Positions 10,844 through 22,532 of a DNA stretch of 64,000 bases are shown one piece after another. Position numbers and translations under genes: made by a program. The stretch spans positions 126,285 through 190,284 of IMG/VR virus record IMGVR_UViG_3300027815_000003. One strand, given 5' to 3'. Numbering within the stretch: the stretch's first letter is position 1; each line of letters starts with the position of its first letter. The DNA comes from a virus. The notes beneath the pieces were generated by a model that ran no database searches, was not told where the DNA came from, and was given only the letters and a program-made list of their open reading frames with translations.

Positions 10844-11807
10844 TTAAATTTTATTCTTTATTTCACACTCTTCACAAATACTATCTTTATTAAAATTTAC
10901 TGGTATATCTTTTTTACAAAACTTACATACATCACAGATACCAATAGTTTTTAAGCATTTATTAATTTCATTTTTATTTAACATTTCTAAATAAATTTTG
11001 CTTATGTCGGCATGAGTTAATACTTCCCATATTATTTCTGGTCTACTATCCCCAAAATCGTTTATATAATAATATAGCGCAACTGGAAATTCTTTTATCT
11101 TGTCTATAAAAGAAAATTGAGACAAATATTTCGTATTATATTCTCTGATATAATTTTCCAATTCTATTAGTTCTTCTTTTGATTTTATGATATACCAATC
11201 TTTTGTCCAATCTTCTATATCTTTTGTCGTAACAACTTTGAATTTATTATATTCTTCTTCTTTCCTATCAAGATAATTTTGATGTTTTTCTGCATCAGAT
11301 TTATTTTCAAATTCGCTATTGTCTGTTGTTACAAAAATAGGAATCTCTTCTTTATGTAATTTACCTACATAATATTCTCTGGTTTTTGTTTTTTCTGTTA
11401 TTTTATTCATGTTTATCTTTATTATTTGTCATTTTATATTTGTTAATTTCTTCTTCTAAAATTTTAGCCCAACTATTTTTAATTTCATATTGTTGTTCTG
11501 TGTCTATAGATTCCCATTCATCACCAAAACCTTTTCTTCCTTTTATATCATAAACAATTTTGTCAATTATTGTATGATATAATTCATATTTATTATATTC
11601 TTCCCAAAATTCATTATGGCAGCAACATTTACATGATTCTGCTAAACATAACTCAAACAAATCTTCCGCATTGCATTTTAAACAATATGCACCAGGCCAT
11701 CCAGACCACCAATGCTTATTTTTTGATTCATCGTATAAAGAAAAATTAGCAGGACAGTCAACAGTCCCCCCGACATAACAACCTGGAATATGTTCTTTTG
11801 AATTCAT
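10844..11807 (-). other. two hypothetical CDS (10844-11410, 11403-11807)
   Basis: ORF track. Confidence 0.7.
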
Positions 11808-12032
11808 TTTATCCTCTCTTCTTTATTTTTATAAATAACCTTTAAATCTCCCAAATTGGACTATTTAGCCATTCTTCTAATTCTTTATTTGTTACATAAC
11901 TCCATTCTGTATGTCCCGCCATCAAATAACAAATCTCTGATAAAATATCTTGTATCTTACTATCTGGCCATTTTGTTCAGCTTCTTCTATTCTTATTTTT
12001 AATTTTATCCAATTTTCCTTATCAATCATATT

Positions 12033-12695
12033 TTACAAATAATCTTTCATTTCTTGTTCTATAAACGACATATTATCCCTATATAATACTTTTTGTTTAT
12101 CATTTATTATTTTATCTTTTTCTGACTGGATATCATTTCCCAAATTACTTTTTTCTAAAATTTCTCTTCCGAATTCCCTTTCTATTCTTTTGTCTATTTT
12201 ATTGTCTGTAATATAGTTATATATCTCTGTAGTAACATACATTTTCCAATAATCTTTTCTTGCAATTGCTATTCTTATATAGGTGCTACTTACTGGGACA
12301 TATAAAGTTGTGATTTCTTTCGGATCAATTACGTTGTAATATGATTTTAATAGTTCTTTTACAAAACTATTCCCAGAAATAAAACCATCTGTTTCGCCAA
12401 ATAATTCTATGGTTTCTTTTGCCCATTTTTCACCATTAGAATATTTTGGTGTTTGTGCATAGTCTGGGACTTCTATTATATGATAATTTTTAAAATCACT
12501 ACCAATTGATATATTTATCATATCTTTTACTTCTTGTACAGTAAACGGATTCAGATAATTATATCTGTTTGAAGAGCCTATACCTATAATTACCTCTTGG
12601 GATAAAATACACGTAGATTGCAATAGGGAAACATGCCCTTTATGTAAAGGGCGAAATCTTCCGATAAGTCCTAATTTGTTATAAATCTTATCCAT
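12033..12695 (-). CDS. nicotinamide/nicotinate mononucleotide adenylyltransferase (NadM/NadR-type)
   Basis: GRFRPLHKGH (HxGH), IGIGSSN, NPFT and SSTYIR. Start MDKIY overlaps the upstream TAA. Confidence 0.85.
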   Translation of the reverse strand: MDKIYNKLGLIGRFRPLHKGHVSLLQSTCILSQEVIIGIGSSNRYNYLNPFTVQEVKDMINISIGSDFKNYHIIEVPDYAQTPKYSNGEKWAKETIELFGETDGFISGNSFVKELLKSYYNVIDPKEITTLYVPVSSTYIRIAIARKDYWKMYVTTEIYNYITDNKIDKRIEREFGREILEKSNLGNDIQSEKDKIINDKQKVLYRDNMSFIEQEMKDYL

Positions 12696-13582
12696 TATAA
12701 AAGTATAGCTCCAGGATATTGCCAACTATAACGTAAATGTCCATCTGGGAAAAATATAAGCTGTCTCATTTCTTCTGTATTTTTATCAACTGTTAAACAA
12801 TTTGTTAGGCATACATTTTGACCATTTACATCATAAACAATTGCACCGTGAGGAAGATTTAAAATTTCATTACCATGACAATCTAAATAGGATTTTATTT
12901 TATTTCTGTCTTCTATTTTTATTAGATTGTTCTTAGTCCATTCTAAGACCTTTTCATTATCAGAAATTTCTGTTAATGTTACTGGACAAAGAGTAAGTTG
13001 TTCCACTTTATTTTCAGAAGCGAAATTAATTAAATTTTGTACATCTTTTATATTATCTATATAGTCTTTACATAAAGTACACTTTAAACGTACAGAAAAT
13101 CCAAATGAATGAAGTTTTTTGATTAGTTTTGGTATATCTATGTATTTTTCTTTATACGGGGTCATTAATTGTCTGTTCTTCTCTTGGTCATAATGAACAA
13201 TAGAAATAGCTATTGTAGATAATCCGTAATCATACCATTGCCTTAAATATTCTTCGGATAATTGATTTTCAGCTAAAAAGATACCATTTGTCTGTATTTC
13301 AATAATTGGGAACGGATTATTCATATACATATAATGTAGATATGAGGTAATTTGTTTTGGGAATAATGTTGGTTCTCCCTTTGATGTAATTAAACACGTA
13401 GATACACCAGATTGTTTTGCTAAATCACAGGCAATTTTAAAGTTACGCCAATTTATCTGTTCTGGTTCTTTCAATTCGACTCCGTTAGTAGGAGTCATTT
13501 TTGCGATACAAAATGGACATCTTGCATTACAGGCTAATGTACCAGCCACTAAAGTAAATGTACTAATTTTCATTTTTACCAA
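12695..13582 (-). CDS. radical SAM protein
   Basis: CNARCPFC (CxxxCxxC), KGEPTL and IQTNG. Confidence 0.85.
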   Translation of the reverse strand: MVKMKISTFTLVAGTLACNARCPFCIAKMTPTNGVELKEPEQINWRNFKIACDLAKQSGVSTCLITSKGEPTLFPKQITSYLHYMYMNNPFPIIEIQTNGIFLAENQLSEEYLRQWYDYGLSTIAISIVHYDQEKNRQLMTPYKEKYIDIPKLIKKLHSFGFSVRLKCTLCKDYIDNIKDVQNLINFASENKVEQLTLCPVTLTEISDNEKVLEWTKNNLIKIEDRNKIKSYLDCHGNEILNLPHGAIVYDVNGQNVCLTNCLTVDKNTEEMRQLIFFPDGHLRYSWQYPGAILL

Positions 13583-13944
13583 TCACTTTCTTTTCTAAAT
13601 AAATTAAATAAAATTTCCCTTAATTCATTTTTTACTTTATCAGTATTATTATTTGTTATTTTCTTTTCTATTAGTTTGTCGATTGTGGATATCAATTTTT
13701 CTACATCATCATTTGTTTTTTCAGACATATGTTCAAAACAAATAACAGTTCCTTCTATTTTATTTAATCCAGTTTTTACATTTATTAAATTCTTATTTTT
13801 GTCCTCATAAAACCAGTTATGTATTTTTTCATTGATTAACAATAAATTAACATCACATTTATTACAGATATTATTTATTATTATTCTTTGATCCACTCTA
13901 ATATCTCCTCTGTATCCATAAAAATAACGCCATTTTCCAACCAT
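13576..13944 (-). CDS. hypothetical protein
   Basis: Track ORF; the plausible start MVGKW overlaps the pncA 3' end. Confidence 0.55.
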   Translation of the reverse strand: MVGKWRYFYGYRGDIRVDQRIIINNICNKCDVNLLLINEKIHNWFYEDKNKNLINVKTGLNKIEGTVICFEHMSEKTNDDVEKLISTIDKLIEKKITNNNTDKVKNELREILFNLFRKESDW

Positions 13945-14501
13945 TTTTCTTTTGTCGAAGGGATACTTGGTAATTCTTTTATTGCGTCTTCTACAACTAT
14001 AATTTGTTTTTTCATTTTTAATAAACCTGAAACTGCTTGATCCACACAAACATTTCCAGCAACACCAAAACAAATTATAACTTCTGGATTAATTAATTTT
14101 ACTATTTCTTTTGTATGTTTATTCCCAGCAAAAACATCAAAAACATCTTTATATATTACGATATTTCTTGTATTTATTGTTTTTTTAGAGTTTAATATTT
14201 CATCTTTATAATGGACAATATAGGGTTTTTCTGGTTTTGTTGCCTCTATATATTCAAAACCAGGGGTATCAATGATACAATGTCGTGGAAATGTATTTTG
14301 AAAATCTGGTGTATCTGACAGTTCTTTAGAATATTTTGTATGGGAGTCCGCAGAATTAATTACCTGGATGTTATATTGTTTTGCACTATCTGTTAATAAC
14401 TTTAAATTAGGTTCAATTAATTCAGCATCTTGTACATACAATTTGCCTTCTTTTCTCATAAAATCAAATTGTGTATCAACATTCCAAAAAATAATTTTCA
14501 T
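13881..14501 (-). CDS. pncA: nicotinamidase (isochorismatase family)
   Basis: VDTQFDF, DSH, FPRHC, K..FDVF and GVAGNVCV catalytic motifs. Confidence 0.88.
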   Translation of the reverse strand: MKIIFWNVDTQFDFMRKEGKLYVQDAELIEPNLKLLTDSAKQYNIQVINSADSHTKYSKELSDTPDFQNTFPRHCIIDTPGFEYIEATKPEKPYIVHYKDEILNSKKTINTRNIVIYKDVFDVFAGNKHTKEIVKLINPEVIICFGVAGNVCVDQAVSGLLKMKKQIIVVEDAIKELPSIPSTKEKWLENGVIFMDTEEILEWIKE

Positions 14502-14512
14502 GTTTTACTCCT

Positions 14513-15868
14513 TTATCTTATTAATTCATTTAGTTTTTTAGATATATTTATCGGATAATTAGTTTCCACCTTTATTGTTTTTAAATAATCTGGAAGTTTT
14601 TTTACTTCCATTAATGATTTTTCTCTTATCTTATATAACGTTTTTTCCTGATATGCTATTGTACCATCTTTTATCTTGTTTGTCAATAGCTTACTTGTTA
14701 TTTCCTCCACACCAACTACCCCTTCATTATTTAAATGTATTTTATCATTGATAAACTCTTCTCCATATTTTGCATGGAATCTGGTAATTTGTTTTTTGCC
14801 AGGATAAGTTATTTTACCTTCTGACTTTTTCATTACCACACCATTTTTATTTTCTACCATTTTATAAACACCACCAATAGCGGCAGTCGGTTTTGAGGTT
14901 ATCATTTCTGTCCCAACACCAAAACTATCAATAGGTAAATTATAGTCATTTAGAAATCTAGCTATTTTATATTCATTTAGATCATTACTTACGACTATTT
15001 TTACATAATTTAATCCAGATTCATCAAGAATACCCCTGACTACTGGGACATTTAATGTAAAATCACCAGAATCTATTCTTATTGCATTAAGTTTTTCCCC
15101 TCTAGATTCCATTTCTTTTGCAATAATAACTGCATTTTTAGCACCCTGAAAAATATTGTAGGTATCAATAAGTAGTGTAGAATTATTAGGAAATGATTTT
15201 ACATAAGCCCTAAATGCATCTAGTTCATTATCAAATGCCATTACGAAAGAATGTGCATGTGTTCCAGATAAAGGAATATTATATTTTGTCCCAGCTTCTA
15301 CATTGCTTGTCCCAGTACAACCACCAATATAACATGCTTTTGCCCCCAAGACACCAGCCTCTTCTCCGTGTGCCCTCCGTAAACCAAAATCAACAACTGG
15401 TTTATTCTTTGCAGCATTAACAATTCTACTTGCTTTTGATGCAATCATTATTTGAAAATTAAGTTGATTAAGAATAAATGTTTCCAGTAATTGCGCTTGA
15501 ATTAGTGGTGCTGTAACCTGTAAAATTGGTTCGTTTGGGAAAACTATACTACCTTCATCCATAGCATTTATAGAACCAGTAAATTGAAAATTATTTAAAT
15601 AATCTAACGTCTTTTTATTTAATATTTTATTTTTAAATAAATATTCTCTACTTGTACTGTCAGATAAATTATAGTGTTTGAACGTTAAACTTAATTCTGT
15701 AATATCTTTTATAAGTTTATCAATTCCACAAATAATAAAATAGCCCCAATCTTGGGGCAAAGAACGAATAAAATATTCAAATGTTACTATATCTTCTGCT
15801 TTACCAGAATCTAAATAGGATTGTGCCATTGTAAGTTGGTATAAATCAGTTAATGCTAAATTAGACAT
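14513..15868 (-). CDS. pncB: nicotinate phosphoribosyltransferase
   Basis: TDLYQLTM, DFGLRRAHG, GTHAHS, LIDTY, RIDSGD and FGVGT. Confidence 0.93.
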   Translation of the reverse strand: MSNLALTDLYQLTMAQSYLDSGKAEDIVTFEYFIRSLPQDWGYFIICGIDKLIKDITELSLTFKHYNLSDSTSREYLFKNKILNKKTLDYLNNFQFTGSINAMDEGSIVFPNEPILQVTAPLIQAQLLETFILNQLNFQIMIASKASRIVNAAKNKPVVDFGLRRAHGEEAGVLGAKACYIGGCTGTSNVEAGTKYNIPLSGTHAHSFVMAFDNELDAFRAYVKSFPNNSTLLIDTYNIFQGAKNAVIIAKEMESRGEKLNAIRIDSGDFTLNVPVVRGILDESGLNYVKIVVSNDLNEYKIARFLNDYNLPIDSFGVGTEMITSKPTAAIGGVYKMVENKNGVVMKKSEGKITYPGKKQITRFHAKYGEEFINDKIHLNNEGVVGVEEITSKLLTNKIKDGTIAYQEKTLYKIREKSLMEVKKLPDYLKTIKVETNYPINISKKLNELIR

Positions 15869-15869
15869 T

Positions 15870-16656
15870 TTATTCTATCTTTCTTTTCTTTATCTCTTGT
15901 TTTAATCTTTTTACTAATTGGTTATATTTGTTTCGTATTTCTTCACAATCAGATTCCCAATATCCTTCTGCTATCATTTGCGCCATTTCACCATTAAATA
16001 TAGGAAAAGATGGTATTTCTGGTGGATTATTTTCTAAATAATTAACTAGATTTAGTAAATGATTATCTGTAAATTCACAAAGGCAATAATATTTTTTGCC
16101 TTCTCTATCTGTCCAAATTAAATTAGTTTTATTGTTTCTTGTACAACTATGATTTAACATATTGTATCAAGTGTCCCATAAATCTTCTGCTAATTTAAGT
16201 CTCATATAGCGATTAGGTATTATTTTCCCTCTTTCTAGCATTGTCCATGCTGTTGCTCTAGATTCTTTATCTGTATATCCTTTATCAATTAGTCGTTTTA
16301 TTAATTGATCTGGCCCTGTTGGATTATTTCTTAGTATTTCTGTAATATCTTTTTCTATTAAAACTTGTTTATTTTTTATAACCATTTTATCTTCCCATTT
16401 CGTGATTTGATTGATTTTTATCCCATTCTCTATACCTATCTTCTTTATAATAGGAAATATCATTTTCTAATGTATAAATTTTTTGTTGTAATTTTTTAAT
16501 TTTTACCTCATAACTGTCTATGATTAAATCAATTTGATATTGATGTGTCAAACATTTTTTTACCCAAATTGCGCTACCAACAGTATCGCCTTGAAATTCA
16601 CATATACATTCGTCTTTATTTGTTATCATTATTTTACACTCTTTGCACTTTCTCAA
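15870..16656 (-). other. three hypothetical CDS (15870-16160, 16167-16463, 16387-16656)
   Basis: ORF track. Confidence 0.65.
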
Positions 16657-17806
16657 AATCTATTATATTTGGTTCAGACCTATCTTTTCTATATCTTAAA
16701 ATTCTAGGATGTCTCAATCTATAATCTATTGACCATATTTGAGCTTCCATTTCCACAATTATCTTCTGATTTAGTATTTCCTCTTTAGAAAGAGTAGATA
16801 GACGCTGATAAAGTTCTTCCCTTAAAATATCATCTCCAGGAATAACCTGTGATATTTCCCTTAGAGAGTTAGTAGCTTTATCTATCACAGATACTTTTAA
16901 TGCACCAATTGTTTTTTCAAATTTTCCACCAATTTTCCCATAATCCCACCCTGTTACTATCGCATCTACTGTGACCTTTGTTTTTACTTTTAACCAAGCT
17001 CTAGACTCAAAATATTTTGAACTAGGATCTTTTATTACCGCACCCTCTAATCCAGAAGAAAGAAAATCAGACAATATTCTTTTTCTTTCTTCTATAGTTT
17101 TGGTAATTTTTACTGGCACTAATTTAATATTGATGTCATTATCAAAATATATGTTTCTTATTTCTTCCAGTAGTTCTTTACGTTTTTGTAAAGTTAAATC
17201 AGAAACATATTCTCCTCTATACATTGATATATCAAATAAATGTAATTGTGCGGATACTGTTGATTTTTGAAGTTCTATGGCTTTTTCTGGTAATGAACCG
17301 ACTATAGACATTGTTTTACCTAAAGAATCTCCGTCACCAGGCATAATAATTTCGCCATCTAAAATTGTTTCTCCCCATTTACCTAAAGCTAAAAGCCCTT
17401 TATGTTCTTTTATATGTGGAATATTGTCTTGGAATTGATTATAATTCCCTTCTTTATTTCTACGGCGAGATGTAACAAATACACCGTAAGGAGTGCAATG
17501 AACAATAGCCCTTGCTCCATCAAGTTTTGGTTCTATCAAAGTATGAGCAGTAGAATTTATTACATCAAATCCAGAAAGACCTTTGTATTCATCATGCGCT
17601 TTGGGAGGTTCATATTCTGTTAATGTTACCTCATTTATATTTTTTACATTGCAATGTACAATATATTTTGTGGGTTTATATATTATTTCTTTTTTAAACT
17701 GGCATGTTTTACATGGGACATCTGTAATTTTTTCATCATTTAATGGGCAATGATGAAAAAAGATACCCGTTTTTGTTTCTCTGACTGGAGTTAATATTCT
17801 AGTCAT
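16634..17806 (-). CDS. lig: ATP-dependent DNA ligase
   Basis: EPKLDG, LDGEI, LFDI, EGAVIK, WLKVK and an OB domain ending LRHPR. Confidence 0.92.
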   Translation of the reverse strand: MTRILTPVRETKTGIFFHHCPLNDEKITDVPCKTCQFKKEIIYKPTKYIVHCNVKNINEVTLTEYEPPKAHDEYKGLSGFDVINSTAHTLIEPKLDGARAIVHCTPYGVFVTSRRRNKEGNYNQFQDNIPHIKEHKGLLALGKWGETILDGEIIMPGDGDSLGKTMSIVGSLPEKAIELQKSTVSAQLHLFDISMYRGEYVSDLTLQKRKELLEEIRNIYFDNDINIKLVPVKITKTIEERKRILSDFLSSGLEGAVIKDPSSKYFESRAWLKVKTKVTVDAIVTGWDYGKIGGKFEKTIGALKVSVIDKATNSLREISQVIPGDDILREELYQRLSTLSKEEILNQKIIVEMEAQIWSIDYRLRHPRILRYRKDRSEPNIIDFEKVQRV

Positions 17807-17813
17807 TTATTTT

Positions 17814-18602
17814 TTATAACCATTTTTTAAAATCTTCTTCAAAATAAGGGATTAATGTGTCTAAATCACCGTTATATCTATTTAGCCACTCTAGCATAAC
17901 TCTTGCCATACTTTTTGTTCCTAATTTAAAAGTAACCTCAGAAATACGGTAAGCGATATCTTCTGCATTTTCCCAGTCAGCTATAACTTTTAGTGGGTCA
18001 TATTTATTATATTTTTTTTGGAGTTCTTTTTCTATATCCATTTTTATTCTTCCTCTTTTAACGGGTATCTTTCCCTTATTTTTAAATCTAAATAACTTTC
18101 ACCGTCAATAGAATCATCTGTATCTACTATATCTCCGTGAGTATCACAGGAAGCCTCTTCATCAAAATCACAATAAGAACAATAAATTTCTCCGCATAAA
18201 CCACATACCACCAAACCTTTGTACTCTTTACAATTAACACAATATTCCATCAGATTCCTTCTTTCAGACCATAGTATACTACTTTTGAACTTTTTTGTCA
18301 ATAGGGATTTCAAACCATTTTTCAGCTTCTATAAAAACCTGTTGAAGATTTTTTATATCCTCTTGTCTTATAATAAGTTCTCTATATGAAGCCTTCTTTT
18401 CCTTGCTAAATAAAATTTCCCAAGCAAGTTTTATTCTGCCAACAAATGTATCTATTATAAAACCATCACTAAAATCTACATATATTTGTTTTGATCCTAC
18501 ATCAAAAGATAAATCAATAATATGTCTTGGATCCCCACAATCACAACTAAATCTATGGAGATATATGTCTAACTCTTTATCGTATATTAATAAATCACTC
18601 AT
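17814..18602 (-). other. three hypothetical CDS (17814-18041, 18044-18313, 18279-18602)
   Basis: ORF track. Confidence 0.65.
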
Positions 18603-18632
18603 AATTTTTCCACCTTTCTGTATTCTCTATTT

Positions 18633-19460
18633 TCAGAACCATTCTATATCCTTTATATTTTCAAATCTTTTCTTCATTGTATCTATTGCCTGTTGGTTAC
18701 TATCTATAAGAATAAAATTCCTTCCTAAATCATTTGCAACTTTCCCAGTTGTTCCTGATCCAGCAAAAAAATCTAATACTAAATCACCAGGATTTGATGA
18801 TACTGAGATAATTCTTTGTAATAATTTTTCTGGTTTTTGTGTGGCATAACCAGTTTTCTCTTTCCCATTTGTAGGGACTATTGTTATCCACCAACACGAG
18901 GTTGGTGTTTTCCCAATTGCTGCTTTTTCTGGGCCAACTAAACCAGGTGACATATAAGGTATTCTTTCCATCGCATCATAATTGAAAATATAGTTATTTG
19001 CATTTTTTGCATAATATAAGATGTTATCGTGTTTTGCAGGCCATTTAGTTTTACTTCTTGCACCATAATCATAAGCCCAAATAATTTCGTTAAGAAAATT
19101 TTCACGACCAAAGATTATATCTAACATTATCTTACAATAATGTACTTCTCTATAATCTATATGGAAATAAAGAGAACCATTTGGTTTTAATATTCTATGT
19201 GCTTCTAGTAATCTTGGTTTAAGGAAACCTAAATAATCTTCAAAGGTATCATTATAAGATGTTTCTAATATTTCTTCTGTTTTATATTGATTCCCCGCAT
19301 AACCAGTTCTGTCACCATTTTCATCACGAATTGTTTTTATTTGTGTTCTTGATTGTTTTTTACCAGTATTAAATGGTGGATCAATATAAATTAAATCTAT
19401 AGATCCTGGTTCTAAAGATTGTAAAATTGGTAAATTGTCACCAAAATATACCTTATTTAT
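18633..19460 (-). CDS. beta-class DNA methyltransferase (N6-A/N4-C); full frame begins at an ATA codon
   Basis: The frame extends 333 nt 5' of the track ORF: INKVYFGDNL...IYIDPPFNTG...QKPEKLL...DFFAGSGTT. An in-frame TAG lies just upstream, and GGGAG sits 7 nt before ATA 19460. Confidence 0.88.
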   Translation of the reverse strand: MNKVYFGDNLPILQSLEPGSIDLIYIDPPFNTGKKQSRTQIKTIRDENGDRTGYAGNQYKTEEILETSYNDTFEDYLGFLKPRLLEAHRILKPNGSLYFHIDYREVHYCKIMLDIIFGRENFLNEIIWAYDYGARSKTKWPAKHDNILYYAKNANNYIFNYDAMERIPYMSPGLVGPEKAAIGKTPTSCWWITIVPTNGKEKTGYATQKPEKLLQRIISVSSNPGDLVLDFFAGSGTTGKVANDLGRNFILIDSNQQAIDTMKKRFENIKDIEWF

Positions 19461-20240
19461 TTTCTATCTCCCTTTTTTTATTTTTTAAATCTTTTATAGA
19501 TTCAAAATCAAATCTTTGCTTATCAAATACTAAATATGGTTTATTAACATTGTGACCGCAACAGACAGATGTTACAAAAGGATTATTAATAAACCCGATA
19601 CAAGGGTCTGCCTCTTCCTTATTTATTTTTTTATTGCAAAATTTGCATGGCCTAATTTCGTCTTTTATAAAAATTCCATCAAGATATCTATAATTTTCTA
19701 GATTTATAGAATAAATTTTATGTCCATGATAATAAGAATATGATATTTTTTTATTATATTTAAATATCATCATAAAATATATCTATTTCTTTCTCATCTC
19801 TAAATGGTTGCATTGGAAAAGGCCCTGGTTTATAAAGCATATTGTTTTCTAAATCATATATTTTTATTTCAAATTTTTTACTATCTTTTAAATTAAACCA
19901 GATATTCCAAATTGACATTTCTTCCCCGACAACAAGTATCTGCCTGTCTTTATTATATAAATCTTTTTTATCTCTGGCTATTAATTTATACATTCTTCTT
20001 TATCTCTAATTTTATCGGTATCCCGAATAATGTTCCAATTTCTTTATCCTCTATTTCAAATATAATTTCCTGATCAGTATAAGATAGATTTTCTGTTTCA
20101 CATTTTATTATAAATTCTCTAGTCTTATTCATCATTTCATTTGTTGGAAAATCATATTTACCATATTTACCAAAATTAAATAAATTTTCTAAAGATATTT
20201 TAAACCTTAAAGTTTCCATTTTATTTACTCCTTCTTTCAT
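19453..20240 (-). other. three hypothetical CDS (19453-19773, 19760-19993, 19986-20240)
   Basis: ORF track. Confidence 0.65.
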
Positions 20241-20764
20241 AATCTTTCAAGTAAGGATAGCACATCTGGACGATTTTTGTCAAGCCATTCATAACCGCTT
20301 TCTGTGGTAAATGCCACATAATGTTCCGCAAAAAATTCCCCTATATTTTTTCTTGAATACATTGTTATATGTTTATCTTTCTTTTTCGAAATATTTTTCC
20401 AGTCTTTATAAAGATTATTTTTTATAAAATAATGATGTGCTAATTCATGTATAACCGTATGATAAAAATCGCTATAACATCTACAAGCTAATTTGCATGG
20501 TAAATCTAACATTTTAATATTTTTTAAATATATATCAGATATGTCTTTTGAATATAATACATGCATTCCTCCAATCAAATAAAATTTTACTTTATCAAAT
20601 GACTCCCAATTAAATATAGTTTTTTCATTAAATATAATTTTTGGAAGTTTTGGATTATTAACATCTATAATATAACGGAGTGTTTTAAAAGATTTTTTAT
20701 CTGGGAAAAAATCTAAACATTCTTTTATTATTTTCTTTTCTTTTTCTTCTGCATATATTCTCAA
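20237..20764 (-). CDS. zincin-like metallopeptidase domain protein
   Basis: HELAHH plus a downstream YS...EFFAE motif. Confidence 0.6.
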   Translation of the reverse strand: MRIYAEEKEKKIIKECLDFFPDKKSFKTLRYIIDVNNPKLPKIIFNEKTIFNWESFDKVKFYLIGGMHVLYSKDISDIYLKNIKMLDLPCKLACRCYSDFYHTVIHELAHHYFIKNNLYKDWKNISKKKDKHITMYSRKNIGEFFAEHYVAFTTESGYEWLDKNRPDVLSLLERL

Positions 20765-20952
20765 ATTATTTTTGCTCTTTTAAATATACTTTCTTTTTCA
20801 TCCCATTCCCAAATATCTTTTGTTTCTAAATCTACAAATCTCCATTTAGACGGGACTTTAGTAAAAATAGTTATATTTATTGGGTCTTTATGATTTTGAC
20901 GTTCTAATTCGTATTTATTGTCATGCATATTCAATCTCATTTGTTTTTTTAT

Positions 20953-21417
20953 CTAACAATCTCCATTATCAAATTCGTATATATTCCAGCATCTTTTACA
21001 AAACCATTTTTCTTCCCATGATACACAATTGCCCCAATGATCTAATGATGTTGTATATGAATAGTTATAAATTTTGGATGTTAACGGAGGAAACATCTCA
21101 TATTCATACGATTTACCACATTTGTCACAAGAATATATACCCTTATCTTTCATCTCTGATTCTGTGGGTATATCTCTCCATAAAATATATTTTAATTTAA
21201 CAAAATGTAATAAGTGTAGAATCGGAATAATAGTACTCCAAATCACTGGACGTAAATATTTAGTTATTTTTCCCTCTTTATAAGAAGTATGATTATTTTT
21301 ATATATTGGATAGTCTATAAGTTTTAATTTTTCTAATAATCTATACCATTTATAAGATAAAGATCTTTTGTATTTAGTTTCGTCATATATTTCTATTTTA
21401 TATTCATTATTATTCAT
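20953..21417 (-). CDS. hypothetical protein with Zn-ribbon cysteines
   Basis: CDKC...CKRC. Confidence 0.6.
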   Translation of the reverse strand: MNNNEYKIEIYDETKYKRSLSYKWYRLLEKLKLIDYPIYKNNHTSYKEGKITKYLRPVIWSTIIPILHLLHFVKLKYILWRDIPTESEMKDKGIYSCDKCGKSYEYEMFPPLTSKIYNYSYTTSLDHWGNCVSWEEKWFCKRCWNIYEFDNGDC

Positions 21418-22078
21418 TTCTTAACTCCCAATTATTTGTTTCTTTATTATAATAATGGCAAGAACATCCATATTTTATGCCATAATGATTACCGTCCCAT
21501 CCATGACAAGAGCAGTCACCACAACCACAGACAAAATGATGTTCTTCTATCTTATCCCATTCCACCAAAGTACAATTTTTATAACCATTATTAAAACTTT
21601 CCAGATATAATTTTGGATATAAATCTTTTTTAAGATAAAGAGGATGTTTAGGTGTATTATTTTTTGTTAATTCTAGACAATAGATATCTTTATTAGCTAC
21701 CTTTCGTATAATATCTTGTACTGCTTCTTTATGTTTCGTATTTTTTAATAAATTTCCCCATCCAGCTATTACTAAATCTGCCCTTTTAGATTCACTTACT
21801 ATATGTATATAATTATCCTGTCCTATTGGATCTATTTCATCTATAAGTTCTTTAGGATATGTCGAACGAAAAGCATAAGCATTACACATAACAAATATTC
21901 CAAATCCCCATTTTGTCACATAATTTATGCATCTGGTAACTGTATTATCGCTTATATTTTCGTCTGCTTTTGATGGGTTTAAACAAACAAATAGACATCT
22001 TTTATCATTAGATACACTGGTTTTATGTTCTAAAACATATCTATATTTTCTATCTTCCGAAAAGATACATTTATTCAT
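21410..22078 (-). CDS. DUF1643-family protein
   Basis: RKYRY, CLNPSKAD...DNT, AGWG and PKHPLYL. Confidence 0.75.
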   Translation of the reverse strand: MNKCIFSEDRKYRYVLEHKTSVSNDKRCLFVCLNPSKADENISDNTVTRCINYVTKWGFGIFVMCNAYAFRSTYPKELIDEIDPIGQDNYIHIVSESKRADLVIAGWGNLLKNTKHKEAVQDIIRKVANKDIYCLELTKNNTPKHPLYLKKDLYPKLYLESFNNGYKNCTLVEWDKIEEHHFVCGCGDCSCHGWDGNHYGIKYGCSCHYYNKETNNWELRNE

Positions 22079-22096
22079 TATTTTGTTTTATTTCCT

Positions 22097-22531
22097 TTAA
22101 TTCCATAGATATCCATACCATTTTGCTAACCATTCTGTAGCTTCTTTTTGTGTTTTTTCTTCTTGTTTCCAACTTTCTTCCATAGGTTTTATTTCATAAA
22201 ATTCATCTAGGTATAATAATCTAAATTTTTCTGCATTTTCTCTTAATTCTTTGTCCCATAATTCTTGACAATTACAGGTTTTACAACATTCTGGAAAATT
22301 ATTTTCATCAATTACCCTACATGGGTGTCCAGCAGTTTTGTTTGCTAAATCTAAAAGTGCTTTAGAAAGAATAAACGAAAGATGATGATTTAAATCCCAA
22401 TTATCACGATCTGACCAACCACGTCTACCTCTTTGTATAAAATATTTTGTTTCATTAAAAGGTAAAACAACTATTTCTTTAGTAAATTCTATTGGATGTT
22501 TCCAGTAATAACCTAATCTATAATTTAACAT
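22097..22531 (-). CDS. hypothetical protein
   Basis: ORF track. Confidence 0.65.
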   Translation of the reverse strand: MLNYRLGYYWKHPIEFTKEIVVLPFNETKYFIQRGRRGWSDRDNWDLNHHLSFILSKALLDLANKTAGHPCRVIDENNFPECCKTCNCQELWDKELRENAEKFRLLYLDEFYEIKPMEESWKQEEKTQKEATEWLAKWYGYLWN

Positions 22532-22532
22532 T

